A stretch of 64,000 bases of DNA from an uncultured Candidatus Binatia bacterium (GTDB lineage Bacteria > Desulfobacterota > Binatia > UBA9968 > JAJDTQ01): contig OZ219754.1 in the NCBI GenBank assembly GCA_964291295.2, positions 1,568,001 through 1,632,000 of the forward strand. Reading direction: 5' to 3'. Of this stretch, positions 41,612-52,127 are shown piece by piece. The translations under genes were made by a program, and so were the position numbers. The stretch's first letter is position 1, and each line of letters starts with the position of its first letter. The notes beneath the pieces were generated by a model. That model was not told the DNA's origin and searched no databases. It saw nothing but the letters and a program-made list of their open reading frames with translations.

Positions 41612-42952
41612 ATGGAACTGGAGGACAGAAAGATCCTGGTGCTGGGACTTGCCCGCACAGGTCTGGCCGTGGCGCGGTTTCTCGCCGACCGTGGCGCGCG
41701 GGTGGTGGGCGTGGACGCCTCCCCGGCAGGGCGGATGGCGCCGGCGAGGGACGCGCTGGCACGGTTGCCGGTGCCGGCGGACTGTCATTTCGGGACCGGG
41801 GAGATGGCTTGGCTCGACGGCGTGGACGCGGTGGTTCCCAGTCCCGGGGTGCCGCGGAACCATGGACTGCTGGTGGAAGCCGTCCGCCGTGACATCCAGG
41901 TGCTGAGCGAGATCGAACTGGCGGCGCGGTTCGGCCGCACCCCCATGGTGGCCATCACCGGGACCAACGGCAAGACCACCACCACCCGGCTCGTGGCCGC
42001 CATCCTTGAGGCGGCCGGACTGCGGGTCTTCGCCGGCGGCAACCTTGGCCGGCCGCTCATCGAGTCCGTGGACGGAAGCTGGGACTGGGGGGTGGTGGAG
42101 GTCAGCAGCTTCCAGCTCGAATGGGTGCGGGACTTCCGGCCGCGCGTCGCCCTCTGCCTCAATCTCAGCGAGGACCATCTCGACCGTCATGACGGCTTGG
42201 CGAACTACGGCGCGGTCAAGGCCCGGATCTTCGCCGCCCAGCAGTCCGACGATGTCGCCGTGCTGAACCGGGACGACCCCTGGGTATGGGGACTGCGCCG
42301 CCGACTGGCGGCCCGGCGGGTCTCCTTCGGCTGGTCGGAGGCGGCGGAGGGAGCCTTCGCAACCGCGGACGCGGTGGTCTGGCGCGGCGGCGCGGCGGAA
42401 GAGCGCTTCCCCCGGACCGACCTCCGGCTGCCCGGGGTCCACAACGTGGAGAACGTCATGGCGGCGGTCTGCGCGGTCAAGGCCGTGGGCGTGAAGGCAC
42501 GCCACATCCGCGCCGCCGTGAAGCGGTTCCCGGGCATCGAGCACCGGCTGGAGTTTGTCCGGGAGCTCGCCGGGGTACGGTACTTCAACGACTCCAAGGG
42601 CACCAACGTGGGTGCCGTGCGGAAGTCTCTGGCCAGTTTCGATGGCCCCGTCGTGCTGATCGCCGGCGGGGTGGACAAGGGCGGCAGCTACCGGGGGCTG
42701 GAGCCGCTGGTCCGGGAGCGGGTGCGCAAGCTGATCCTGCTGGGCGCTTCCGCGGAACTCATGAAAAAGGCCCTGGGACACCTGACCGACACGCGGGTGG
42801 TGAAGGATCTGGAGGAGGCGGTTCGCGAGGCCCGGGCCGCCGCCCGCGCCGGAGATGTGGTGCTGTTGTCGCCCGCCTGCTCGAGTTTCGACATGTTCGA
42901 GAACTACGCCGAACGGGGGCGCGCGTTCAAGGAGGCGGTGCGGTCCCTATGA
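41612..42952 (+). CDS. murD: UDP-MurNAc-L-Ala--D-Glu ligase
   Basis: GLARTG, SPGVP, EVSSFQLE, NDSKGTNV, LSPACSSFDMF. Confidence 0.97.
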   Translation: MELEDRKILVLGLARTGLAVARFLADRGARVVGVDASPAGRMAPARDALARLPVPADCHFGTGEMAWLDGVDAVVPSPGVPRNHGLLVEAVRRDIQVLSEIELAARFGRTPMVAITGTNGKTTTTRLVAAILEAAGLRVFAGGNLGRPLIESVDGSWDWGVVEVSSFQLEWVRDFRPRVALCLNLSEDHLDRHDGLANYGAVKARIFAAQQSDDVAVLNRDDPWVWGLRRRLAARRVSFGWSEAAEGAFATADAVVWRGGAAEERFPRTDLRLPGVHNVENVMAAVCAVKAVGVKARHIRAAVKRFPGIEHRLEFVRELAGVRYFNDSKGTNVGAVRKSLASFDGPVVLIAGGVDKGGSYRGLEPLVRERVRKLILLGASAELMKKALGHLTDTRVVKDLEEAVREARAAARAGDVVLLSPACSSFDMFENYAERGRAFKEAVRSL

Positions 42953-44049
42953 GCGGCATTCGCAACGTGGATCGCTGGATGCTCGCAAGCCTGCTGGCGT
43001 TGCTTGCCATCGGCATCACCATGGTGCTGAACACCAGTTGGCTGTTTGCCCAGGAACGCTTCGGCGACGGCTTCTACCTGTTCCGCAAGCAGCTGGTGTC
43101 CACCGGCGTGGGGCTGTTGGGACTGGCGGCGGCCCTGTGGCTGCCGCCGTCGGTCTGGCGGCGCCTCGCCGTCCCGCTGCTCGCCGTCGCCCTGATCGCT
43201 CTCGTGCTCGTGCTGATCCCGGACGTCGGCGTGGCCAGGGGCGGCGCCCGCCGTTGGCTGGGCTTCTCGCTGTTCCTGTTCCAGCCGTCGGAGATGGCCA
43301 AGGTCTGTTTCGTACTGTACCTGGCGTACTCTCTCTCCAGACGGGCCGAGCGGCTGGACGGCTTCGTGTCCGGGGCGCTGCCCCCGCTGCTGGTGACCGG
43401 GGGGTTCGTGGCCCTGTTGCTGGCCGAGCCGGATTTCGGCTCGGCTTTCATGCTTGCCATCCTGGCCATGGCCATGCTGTTCGTGGCCGGCAGCCGGGTG
43501 AGGCATCTGGCCTGGGTGGCGGCGGCGGCGTTTCCGGCGCTGGTCCTGCTCATCATGTCCGCCGACTACCGGGTCAAGCGGCTGTTGAGCTTCCTGGATC
43601 CCTGGAGCGATTCCGCCGACAGCGGCTTCCAGATCATCCAGTCCTACATCGCTTTCGGCTCCGGCCAGTTGTGGGGCCGCGGCCTGGGCCAGAGCCGGCA
43701 GAAGCTGCTCTACCTGCCGGAGGCGCACACGGACTTCATCTATTCGGTGATCGGCGAGGAGCTGGGTTTGTGGGGCGCGCTCCTGGTGGTGGCCCTGTTC
43801 GGCATCCTGCTGTTTCGCGGCCTGCGGCTGGCCCTGGACAGCGAGGACGCCTTCACCCGGTTGATGGTGTTCGGCCTCACCATGCTCCTGGGGCTTCAGG
43901 CGCTGCTGCACATGAGCGTTGTCATGGGTCTGGTGCCCACCAAGGGGCTGGTGCTGCCGTTCGTCAGTTACGGCGGTTCGGCCCTGGTGGTTCACATGAC
44001 GGTTGCAGGGATGCTCCTGGGCGTTTCCTGGAGACGGGCATGCGGCTGA
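42949..44049 (+). CDS. ftsW: SEDS peptidoglycan polymerase FtsW
   Basis: GARRWL, FQPSEMAK, EPDFG, LPEAHTDFI, LPFVSYGGS. Confidence 0.96.
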   Translation: MSGIRNVDRWMLASLLALLAIGITMVLNTSWLFAQERFGDGFYLFRKQLVSTGVGLLGLAAALWLPPSVWRRLAVPLLAVALIALVLVLIPDVGVARGGARRWLGFSLFLFQPSEMAKVCFVLYLAYSLSRRAERLDGFVSGALPPLLVTGGFVALLLAEPDFGSAFMLAILAMAMLFVAGSRVRHLAWVAAAAFPALVLLIMSADYRVKRLLSFLDPWSDSADSGFQIIQSYIAFGSGQLWGRGLGQSRQKLLYLPEAHTDFIYSVIGEELGLWGALLVVALFGILLFRGLRLALDSEDAFTRLMVFGLTMLLGLQALLHMSVVMGLVPTKGLVLPFVSYGGSALVVHMTVAGMLLGVSWRRACG

Positions 44050-45119
44050 TCGTGGCCGGCGGCGGCACCGGCGGGCACCTCTTCCCGGGCCTGGCCGTGG
44101 CGCGGGAGTTCCGGCGGCGGCACGGGGAGGCCCGAATCCTGTTCGTGGGCAGTCGGTGGGGCATTGAGGCCCGGGTGATGCCCGAGACCGAGTTCGCCCT
44201 GGAGTTGTTGCCCATTCGCGGCCTCAAGGGCCGCGGCCTCAGGGGATTGCTGGAGGGTCTGTACGGTATACCCGCAAGCCTGTGGCGCGCGCGCGCCATC
44301 ATCCGCCGTTTCGATCCCCAGTGCATCATCGGACTCGGCGGCTACGCTTCGGGTCCGCTGTTGCTGGCCGGGGTGTCGCGGCGCGTCCGCTGCGCCATCC
44401 TGGAGCAGAACCTGCGCCCCGGGATCACCAATCGTGTCCTGGGCCGGCTGGTGGATCGGGTCTTCACGAGCTTCCGTGAGAGCGCCGCCTGGTTTCCCGC
44501 GGCCAAGGTGGTGCTGACGGGGACGCCGGTGCGGTGGCGCCGGCTGCCGGAGGTAGAGCGGGAGCAGGGGGATCGATTTCATCTGCTGGTGTTCGGCGGC
44601 AGCGCGGGCGCCCATCGGATCAACCAGGCGGTGTTGGGCGCGCTGGCCAGCCTGGGCGACTTGGCGGCCGGATTCCGGGTCACGCACCAGACCGGCGGCG
44701 CGGACGAGGCCAGGGTGAGGGAGGGTTACAAGTCGCTTCCCTGCACGGCGGAGGTGCTGCCGTTCATCGACCGCATGGACAGCGCGTATGGGAAAGCCGA
44801 CCTGGTGCTCTGTCGGGCCGGGGCCTCGAGCCTGGCGGAGCTTGCGCTCTTCGGCAAGCCCGCGGTGTTGATCCCGTATCCGTATGCGGCCCACGACCAT
44901 CAGAGGCTCAATGCGCTGGCACTCAAGGAGGCCGGCGCCGCGGAGGTGTTGGTGGAGCCGGAACTGACGGCTTCGAGTCTGGCCGAGCTCCTTCGTGCGC
45001 TCCACGGGGATGCCGGCCGGCGACGGGCCATGGGCCGCGCCGCGGCGCGCCTTGGCCGCGAGGACGCGGCCCAACGGATCGTGGACGAGTGCCGCGCTCT
45101 CGTTCCCGAGTGGTCGTGA
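44040..45119 (+). CDS. murG: Undecaprenyl-PP-MurNAc-pentapeptide GlcNAc transferase
   Basis: GGGTGGHLFPG, GLGGYAS, GGSAGA, RAGASSLAE, HQ..NA. Confidence 0.97.
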   Translation: MRLIVAGGGTGGHLFPGLAVAREFRRRHGEARILFVGSRWGIEARVMPETEFALELLPIRGLKGRGLRGLLEGLYGIPASLWRARAIIRRFDPQCIIGLGGYASGPLLLAGVSRRVRCAILEQNLRPGITNRVLGRLVDRVFTSFRESAAWFPAAKVVLTGTPVRWRRLPEVEREQGDRFHLLVFGGSAGAHRINQAVLGALASLGDLAAGFRVTHQTGGADEARVREGYKSLPCTAEVLPFIDRMDSAYGKADLVLCRAGASSLAELALFGKPAVLIPYPYAAHDHQRLNALALKEAGAAEVLVEPELTASSLAELLRALHGDAGRRRAMGRAAARLGREDAAQRIVDECRALVPEWS

Positions 45120-46513
45120 TGGTTCCAGGGGCTTTCGAAAGACGCCACCGGGTGCATTTCGTGGGCATTGGCGGCGTCGGGATGAGCGGTATCGCGGAGG
45201 TCTTGTTGAATCTGGGTTACGAAGTCAGCGGCTCCGACCTTCAGGAGAGCGACGCCACCGGGCGGCTACGCTCCCTGGGTGCGGAGGTGCACATCGGCCA
45301 TGACGTCGACAATCTGGCCGAAGAGCTCTCCGTGGTGGTCATTTCCACCGCGGTGCGGTTCTCCAACCCGGAAGTGATGGCGGCCCGGGAGCGGCGCATT
45401 CCGGTGATCCCGCGGGCCGAGATGCTCGCCGAGCTCATGCGCATGAAGTACGGCGTCGCGGTGGCGGGCAGCCACGGGAAAACGACGACGACGTCGATGA
45501 TCGGACACGTGCTGACCGAGGCGCGCATGGACCCGACGCTGGTCATTGGCGGCCGGGTGCGGTCCCTGGCCGGTAACGCGCAGGTGGGCCGGGGCGACAT
45601 CCTGGTCGCCGAGGCCGACGAGAGCGACGGCACCTTTCTGCTGCTTTCGCCGTCTCTGGCGGTGGTGACCAATATCGACCGCGAACACGTGGAGTACTAC
45701 GGCACTCCGGAAGGGCTGGCCGAGGCGTTCCTGGAGTTCATCGACAAGGTGCCGTTCTACGGCGTCGCGGTGCTCTGTCTCGACCATCCGACGGTCCGCG
45801 GGCTGCTCCCCCGGGTGAACAAGCGGGTGGTCACCTACGGCCTCTCGGCGGACGCGGATTTCAGTGCGGAGAACGTCCGGACACGGCAGATGGAGTCGCG
45901 GTTCTCCGTTCTCCACCAGCGGCGGGCACTCGGCCCCGTGACCCTGCCCATGCCGGGCCGGCACAACGTTGCCAACGCCCTGGCCGCCATCGCCGCGGCG
46001 GCGGAGCTGGGCATCGACTTTGCGGCCGCTGCCGCGGCCCTGGGCTGCTTCGCCGGGATACACCGCCGGTCCGAGGTCAAGGGAGAGGCGGCCGGAGTTC
46101 TGGTCATGGACGACTACGGGCACCATCCCGCGGAGATCGAATCCACCTTGAGGGCCGTCATCGAGGGTTGGGGCCGCCCCCTGACCGTGGTCTTCCAGCC
46201 GCACCGCTACAGCCGTACCCGGCAGCTTTTCGAAGATTTCGTGTCGGCCTTCGACCGCGCCCGCCGGCTGATCGTCACGGATATCTACGCCGCGGGAGAG
46301 GAGCCGGTGCCGGGGATGGGCAGCGAGGAGCTTTGCCGCGCCATCCGGCGCCGGGGTCACATGGAGGTGGAGTTCGTCGCCGCCAGGGACGATGTCGCCG
46401 GCGCGCTGCTGCCTCGGCTCGCGGACGGGGACATGGTCCTCACCCTCGGGGCCGGGGACATCTACAAGGTCGGGGAGGCGCTGCTTGAGTCCTTGCAGGC
46501 ACAGAGGCAATGA
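45119..46513 (+). CDS. murC: UDP-MurNAc--L-alanine ligase
   Basis: GIGGVGMSGIA, GSHGKTTTT, EADESDG, DDYGHHP, FQPHRYSRT. Confidence 0.98.
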   Translation: MVPGAFERRHRVHFVGIGGVGMSGIAEVLLNLGYEVSGSDLQESDATGRLRSLGAEVHIGHDVDNLAEELSVVVISTAVRFSNPEVMAARERRIPVIPRAEMLAELMRMKYGVAVAGSHGKTTTTSMIGHVLTEARMDPTLVIGGRVRSLAGNAQVGRGDILVAEADESDGTFLLLSPSLAVVTNIDREHVEYYGTPEGLAEAFLEFIDKVPFYGVAVLCLDHPTVRGLLPRVNKRVVTYGLSADADFSAENVRTRQMESRFSVLHQRRALGPVTLPMPGRHNVANALAAIAAAAELGIDFAAAAAALGCFAGIHRRSEVKGEAAGVLVMDDYGHHPAEIESTLRAVIEGWGRPLTVVFQPHRYSRTRQLFEDFVSAFDRARRLIVTDIYAAGEEPVPGMGSEELCRAIRRRGHMEVEFVAARDDVAGALLPRLADGDMVLTLGAGDIYKVGEALLESLQAQRQ

Positions 46514-47424
46514 CCATCGATCCGTTGATCCGGGAGCTGGGCCGCATCGCCGGCATTGCGGTCCGGATGCGCGAGCCGCTGGCCCGCTACACCTCCATCA
46601 AGGTCGGCGGACCGGCGGATTACTTCGTGGAGGCGAACACGGGCCCCGGGTTGAGCGCCTGCCTGGAAGTCGTGGCGCGCCGCGGCGTGCCGGTACTGCT
46701 GCTGGGCAACGGCAGCAATCTGCTGGTGAGCGACCGGGGGGTGCGCGGGGTGGTGCTGCGGCTGCGAGGCGAGTTTCGCGGGGTGCGCTGGCGGAATGCC
46801 GGGGCCGACGTGGGCGCCGCCTGCGCGGTGAGCCGGCTGGTGCGGGGAACCGTGCGCCGCGGATTGGGCGGCCTGGAGTTCGCCGAGGGGATCCCCGGCA
46901 GCGTGGGCGGTTCCCTGGTGATGAATGCCGGGGCCTACGGATCGGAAATGGAGCGGGTCGTGATCCGGGTTGACGCGGTGAGCGGCGGCGGCGAGCCGTT
47001 GACTTTCGGGCGGGAGGCGCTGCGCTTCTCCTATCGTGAGACGCGCCTGCCCGAGGGCGCCGTCGTCACCCGTGTCGGCCTGATCCTGACGCCCGACACC
47101 CCGGAAGTGGTGGAGGCCCGCATGCGGGCCATCCAGGAGCGGCGCCGGGAGAGTCAACCGATGGGGTATCCGAACTTCGGTTCGGTGTTCCGCAATCCGC
47201 CGGGCGGCCACGCCGGCAGGCTGATCGAGGCGTCGGGGCTCAAGGGCCTGCGGGTGGGCGGTGCCGAGGTGTCCCGGCGGCACGCGAACTTCATCGTCAA
47301 CCGCGGCGGCGCCCGGGCGGAGGACGTTCGAACATTGATCGAGCAGGTGAGCCGCAAGGTGGCGTGCCGGTATTCGATCACCTTGCGGACCGAGGTCCGC
47401 TTCGCCGGGGAGTGGCCGCCATGA
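46510..47424 (+). CDS. murB: UDP-N-acetylenolpyruvoylglucosamine reductase
   Basis: GGPAD, LGNGSNLLV, GIPGSVGG..MNAGAYG, GSVFRNP, HANFIVN. Confidence 0.97.
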   Translation: MTIDPLIRELGRIAGIAVRMREPLARYTSIKVGGPADYFVEANTGPGLSACLEVVARRGVPVLLLGNGSNLLVSDRGVRGVVLRLRGEFRGVRWRNAGADVGAACAVSRLVRGTVRRGLGGLEFAEGIPGSVGGSLVMNAGAYGSEMERVVIRVDAVSGGGEPLTFGREALRFSYRETRLPEGAVVTRVGLILTPDTPEVVEARMRAIQERRRESQPMGYPNFGSVFRNPPGGHAGRLIEASGLKGLRVGGAEVSRRHANFIVNRGGARAEDVRTLIEQVSRKVACRYSITLRTEVRFAGEWPP

Positions 47425-48386
47425 ACCGGCCCCGGACAAGCTGTCGAAACCGGCGGGTGGGCGTCCTCTACGGCGGTCCTTCGGCGGAACGGGAGGTGTC
47501 GCTGGTGTCCGGCCGGGAGGTGGCCGGCGCCTTGCGGCAACGGGGTTACAAGGGCGTGTCCCTCATCGATGCGGGGCGGGGCCTGCCGGGACAACTCCGG
47601 CAACGGAGAATCGAGGTCGTGTTCAATGCGCTGCACGGCAGAATCGGAGAGGACGGCTGCGTGCAGGGGCTGCTGGAGGTCATGGGGATTCCCTACACCG
47701 GTTCGGGGGTCACCGCCTCGGCGTTGTGCATGGACAAGGTGTTGACCAAGGAAGTCCTGGTCCGGAAGCGCATTCCGACGCCGCCGTACCGGGTCGTGGC
47801 CGGGGACGACGAGGCGCTGTCGAAACTCCCGTTGCCGGCGGTGGTGAAGCCGCGGGCCGAGGGGTCGTCCATCGGCGTCACCGTCGTGCACCGGCGAAGG
47901 GAGCTTGCTCCGGCGGTGCGCGAGGCATGTCGATCAGGCCGGGATGCGCTGGTGGAGCAATACGTGACCGGCAAGGAGATCACCGTGGGGCTCCTGAACG
48001 GCCAGGCGCTGGGAGTTACCGAGATCAGGCCGGCGAAGGGGTTCTACGATTTCAAGGCCAAGTACACCTCGGGCATGGCCACCCACGTCTTTCCCGCCCC
48101 CTTGCCGAAGGCCCTCTACGGCAGGGCCTTGCGGCTGGCCGCCCGGACCTGCGCCGCGTTGGGGTGCGAGGGGGCGCCGCGGGTGGATTTCCGGATCTCG
48201 CCGCAACAGCGGCTGTATGTGCTCGAGGTCAACACGCTGCCCGGGATGACCCCGCTGAGCCTCTTGCCGGAGATTGCCGCGGGGGTCGGCATCGATTTCG
48301 GAGAGCTGGTGGAGCGGATTCTCGACGGCGCCTCGCTGAAAAACGCCGTTGCGCCCGGGAGTGTGCGGGAGGTGGACCATGGCTAG
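47421..48386 (+). CDS. ddl: D-alanine--D-alanine ligase
   Basis: GGPSAEREVSL, LHGRIGEDG, GSSIGV, YDFKAKY, LEVNTLPGMT. Confidence 0.97.
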   Translation: MNRPRTSCRNRRVGVLYGGPSAEREVSLVSGREVAGALRQRGYKGVSLIDAGRGLPGQLRQRRIEVVFNALHGRIGEDGCVQGLLEVMGIPYTGSGVTASALCMDKVLTKEVLVRKRIPTPPYRVVAGDDEALSKLPLPAVVKPRAEGSSIGVTVVHRRRELAPAVREACRSGRDALVEQYVTGKEITVGLLNGQALGVTEIRPAKGFYDFKAKYTSGMATHVFPAPLPKALYGRALRLAARTCAALGCEGAPRVDFRISPQQRLYVLEVNTLPGMTPLSLLPEIAAGVGIDFGELVERILDGASLKNAVAPGSVREVDHG

Positions 48387-49218
48387 TCCACGGGTCCGGT
48401 TCGGCCGGGTTCGCTGGCGTTGGCCGGGTCTGGCGGCGGTCTGCGGTCTGGCGGCCGTGCTGGCATGGGCGGGCCACGAATACGGTGCAGGTTTCCATCG
48501 CCATGCACGGCAAACCCTGGAGGCGGCGGTGGAGCGTGCGCGGACTGCGGTGCGGAGGACCACGGGTCTCTTCATGGCGCACCGCTATTTCGCCATCCGG
48601 GAGGTCAAGGTCCTGGGGGCGGACAAGGTCAAGGGCGCCGACCTGGTGGTGATGTCCGGTCTGGGACCCCATACCCGCATCTGGAGCATCGATCCGGCGG
48701 AGCTTGAGGAACGGGTGCGGCGGCATCCCTGGGTCAAGTCGGTGCTGCTGCGGCGGGAGTTGCCGGCGCGCCTGGTGATCCACATCGAGGAATGGAGCCC
48801 GAGTGCCATCGTCGCCCTGGACAAGCTCTACTACGTGGCCAACGACGGTGTGATCTTCAAGGCGCTCGACGAAAAGGATTCCGTCGACTTTCCCTTCATC
48901 ACCGGCCTGCGGGCCGCGGGCCTGCCGCCGCACGAACCGGCCACGCGGAAGCGGCTGTCCCAGGTGGCGGCGCTGGGACGGCGGGTGGAAAGGGCGTCGC
49001 TGGGCCTGTCCGAGATCCGCTTCGAGCCCGACGGCGGCATCGTTGTCTACCCGGTCTCGTTCGCGGTGCCGTTCCGCATGGGCTGGGGTGACTGGGACGA
49101 GAAGCTTCATCGGTTGGGGTGGTTCGTGCGGGAGTTTCGGGGCAAGGGGGCCCGTTTCCGGGCCGTTGATTTGAGTTTCCGGGGACAGGTGGTGGCGCAC
49201 CCGCGCGGACGGGTGTGA
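48379..49218 (+). CDS. ftsQ: Cell division protein FtsQ/DivIB
   Basis: N-terminal TM, POTRA (HPWVKSV..RRELP..L.IHIEE), C-terminal VDLSF; lies before ftsA. Confidence 0.88.
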   Translation: MASPRVRFGRVRWRWPGLAAVCGLAAVLAWAGHEYGAGFHRHARQTLEAAVERARTAVRRTTGLFMAHRYFAIREVKVLGADKVKGADLVVMSGLGPHTRIWSIDPAELEERVRRHPWVKSVLLRRELPARLVIHIEEWSPSAIVALDKLYYVANDGVIFKALDEKDSVDFPFITGLRAAGLPPHEPATRKRLSQVAALGRRVERASLGLSEIRFEPDGGIVVYPVSFAVPFRMGWGDWDEKLHRLGWFVREFRGKGARFRAVDLSFRGQVVAHPRGRV

Positions 49219-49256
49219 TTCGACGATCAGGATCCGGACCACAGGCGGGAAGATCC

Positions 49257-50486
49257 ATGGCCAAGAAGACCCATATTGTCGTTGGGCTCGATATCGGCAC
49301 CCACAAGATCTGTGCCGTGGTGGGCGAGCAGACCGAGCAGGGACCCGAGGTGGTGGGAGTCGGCATCAGCCCGTCGCTGGGCTTGCGCAAGGGCGTGGTG
49401 ATCAATGTCGAGGCTACCATGGACGGCATCCGGAAGGCGGTGGCCGAGGCGGAGATCATGGCGGGCTGCGAGATCAATACCGTCTTCGTCGGCATCGCCG
49501 GGGGCCACATCCGCGGTTTCAACAGCCACGGGGTCGTGGCCATCAAGAACCGGGAAGTGACCGGCGCCGACGTGGAGCGGGTCATTGACGGAGCCAAGGC
49601 CGTGGCCATTCCCATGGACCGGGAGGTCCTCCACGTGCTGCCCCAGGAGTTCGCCGTCGACGATCAGGATGGCATTCAGGATCCTCGGGGAATGGCCGGG
49701 GTCCGGCTTGAGGCCAGTGTTCACATGGTCACGGGCGCGGTGGCGGCGGCACAGAACATCATCAAGTGCTGCAACGGAACGGGGCTCAACGTCGCGGACT
49801 TCGTGCTCGAGCCGCTGGCGTCGGCCGACGCGACCCTGACCAAGGAAGAGAAGGAGGTGGGAGTGGCGCTGGTGGACATGGGCGGCGGCACCACCGATAT
49901 CGCGCTGTTCCACGGCGGCTCGGTGAAGCACACGGCGGTGTTGAGCGTGGGAGGGAACCATCTCACCAGCGACATCGCCGCGGGTCTGCATGCCCCGATG
50001 GCCGCCGCCGAGCAGTTGAAGCAGCGCTTCGGGTGCGTGGAGACCGACCTGGCCAACCGCGACGAAATGCTGGATGTGCCCAGCGTGGGGGGACGGAGCC
50101 CCCGATCGGTGTCACGCCAGATCCTCTGCGAGATCATCGAGCCGCGCCTGGAGGAGGTGTTCCACCTGGTGCGGCGGGAGATCGGCAAGTCCGGTTACGA
50201 GGATGGTCTCGTGTCGGGCATCGTGATGACCGGCGGCACCACGCTGCTGCCGGGAATCGTCCGGATGGCGGAACGGCTCTTCGACGTGCCGGTGCGCCAG
50301 GGGGTGCCGGCCAACGTCACGGGGCTGGTGGATGTGGTCTCCAGTCCGGTCTACGCCACCGGCACCGGGCTGTTGCTGCACGGGCTCAGGCAACGGGACC
50401 GGAATCTGTTTCGAATCCGCGACAACGAACATCTGTTCTGCAGGGTCCGGGGCCGCATGACCGAGTGGTTCAAGGAGTTCTTCTAG
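49257..50486 (+). CDS. ftsA: Cell division protein FtsA
   Basis: [18 protein letters not shown], amphipathic C-terminus WFKEFF. Confidence 0.97.
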   Translation: MAKKTHIVVGLDIGTHKICAVVGEQTEQGPEVVGVGISPSLGLRKGVVINVEATMDGIRKAVAEAEIMAGCEINTVFVGIAGGHIRGFNSHGVVAIKNREVTGADVERVIDGAKAVAIPMDREVLHVLPQEFAVDDQDGIQDPRGMAGVRLEASVHMVTGAVAAAQNIIKCCNGTGLNVADFVLEPLASADATLTKEEKEVGVALVDMGGGTTDIALFHGGSVKHTAVLSVGGNHLTSDIAAGLHAPMAAAEQLKQRFGCVETDLANRDEMLDVPSVGGRSPRSVSRQILCEIIEPRLEEVFHLVRREIGKSGYEDGLVSGIVMTGGTTLLPGIVRMAERLFDVPVRQGVPANVTGLVDVVSSPVYATGTGLLLHGLRQRDRNLFRIRDNEHLFCRVRGRMTEWFKEFF

Positions 50487-50595
50487 CCGAAGGAAGGCGG
50501 GAGTGGCGGCCCGGCCGCATGTCGGGCGCCGCTTTTCGCATGAATTGAAGACGTCGTTGAATATGTCAACGCAACAGGGAAAAGGAGGAAGCGGC

Positions 50596-51816
50596 ATGTT
50601 TGAAATGGTGGAACCGATTGATTCCGGAGCCAGGATCAAGGCCATCGGCATCGGCGGCGGCGGCAACAACGCGATCAACACCATGATCGACGAGGGGCTC
50701 AAGGGGGTGGACTTCATCGCCGCCAACACCGACAGCCAGGCGCTGGACGCGAGCCGGGCCGAGATCAAGGTGCAGATCGGCGATTCCCTCACCAAGGGGC
50801 TCGGGGCCGGTGCCAACCCGGAAGTGGGCCGGCGCGCCGCGATGGAGGACAAGGAGCGCATCCGCGAATATCTCACGGGCGCGGACATGGTCTTCATTAC
50901 CGCCGGGATGGGCGGCGGCACGGGAACCGGCGGCGCTCCGGTGATCGCCGGCGTGGCGCGGGAAGTGGGCGCGCTCACGGTGGGGGTGGTGACCAAGCCC
51001 TTCGTCTTCGAAGGGAAGCGGCGCATGTACCAGGCGGAGGAGGGAATCCGGGAGCTCAAGGACAAGGTGGACACCCTTGTGGTCATACCGAACCAGCGGC
51101 TTCTCAGTATCGCCGGCCAGTCCACGACGCTGCTGGAGACCTTCAAGGTGGCCGACAGCGTGGTGACACAGGCGGTGCGGGGCATCGCGGGCCTGATCGT
51201 GACGCCCGGGCTCATCAATCTCGACTTCGCCGACGTGCGCACGGTCATGAAGGAGATGGGCTTCGCGCTCATGGGCGCGGCTTCGGCAAAGGGCGAGAAT
51301 CGTGCCGTCGAGGCGGCCCAGCAGGCCATTTCCAGCCCGCTGCTGGAAGACGTATCCATTGCCGGTGCCCGCGGCGTCCTGATCAACGTCACCGGTGGTC
51401 CGGACACCAGCCTGTTCGAGGTCAACGAGGCGGCCACCCTCATACAGGGCGAAGCCCACGAGGAGGCCACCATCATCTTCGGGGCCGTCATCGACGAGAC
51501 GCTGGAGGAAGAGATCCGGATCACGGTCATCGCCACCGGGTTCGGTGACGGCGGTGTCCGGATGCCGGAGGCCGCGCCCGCCGGGCCGCGGACGGCGGCG
51601 GGGCCGAAACAGGGGTCGCTGGGGCTGGGCGGCAAGGACACCAAGGGCAAGAAGGTCGTTCACTTCGGCACCCTTGAGGATGACGGGTTCGCTGATCTGA
51701 ATTGGCAGCCGGGGAAGGATCTGCCGGCGTCGGAGAGCCCCTACGATCTCAAGGAGGACGAAGTGGCCGAAGACGACTTCGACGTTCCGACGTTCCTGCG
51801 CAAACGGACGGACTAG
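50596..51816 (+). CDS. ftsZ: Cell division protein FtsZ
   Basis: [24 protein letters not shown]-terminal DVPTFLRK; AGGAGG RBS. Confidence 0.99.
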   Translation: MFEMVEPIDSGARIKAIGIGGGGNNAINTMIDEGLKGVDFIAANTDSQALDASRAEIKVQIGDSLTKGLGAGANPEVGRRAAMEDKERIREYLTGADMVFITAGMGGGTGTGGAPVIAGVAREVGALTVGVVTKPFVFEGKRRMYQAEEGIRELKDKVDTLVVIPNQRLLSIAGQSTTLLETFKVADSVVTQAVRGIAGLIVTPGLINLDFADVRTVMKEMGFALMGAASAKGENRAVEAAQQAISSPLLEDVSIAGARGVLINVTGGPDTSLFEVNEAATLIQGEAHEEATIIFGAVIDETLEEEIRITVIATGFGDGGVRMPEAAPAGPRTAAGPKQGSLGLGGKDTKGKKVVHFGTLEDDGFADLNWQPGKDLPASESPYDLKEDEVAEDDFDVPTFLRKRTD

Positions 51817-52049
51817 ACGGGCCTGCGGCGCTGCAAGAGCAGCGGGAGGAGCCCCCAGACGCCGAGAATCAACCCGGCCAGGGCCCAGCCGGCTTGGTGG
51901 CGTCCGCCGTGCCGGGCGACGATGAGGCACAGAACGCCGTCGCACAGGTGGATGGCCGCCAGGGTCGCCAGCAATGCGTGGGGCTCCAGATCCGGCCTGA
52001 TGAAGTGGAGGCCGGAAAGGCGTGAAAGCAGTGCGGCGAGGTCTGCCAT
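51813..52049 (-). CDS. Small hydrophobic membrane protein (hypothetical)
   Basis: 78 aa with two hydrophobic segments (…[19 protein letters not shown]). It fills the gap between ftsZ and mtnA and its stop overlaps the ftsZ stop. Confidence 0.6.
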   Translation of the reverse strand: MADLAALLSRLSGLHFIRPDLEPHALLATLAAIHLCDGVLCLIVARHGGRHQAGWALAGLILGVWGLLPLLLQRRRPV

Positions 52050-52051
52050 TC

Positions 52052-52100
52052 GGTGTCCTTGACGGGGTGTCCTTGACGGTCGTCGTCAGGGTACTATATT
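52052..52100 (+). promoter_or_regulatory. Duplicated 14-bp unit carrying a -35 box; probable mtnA promoter
   Basis: GGTGTCCTTGACGG x2 (52052-52079); second TTGACG, 16 bp spacer, TATATT (52095). Confidence 0.55.
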
Positions 52101-52127
52101 GAAGTTCGACTGGAAGATGAAGCCGAC

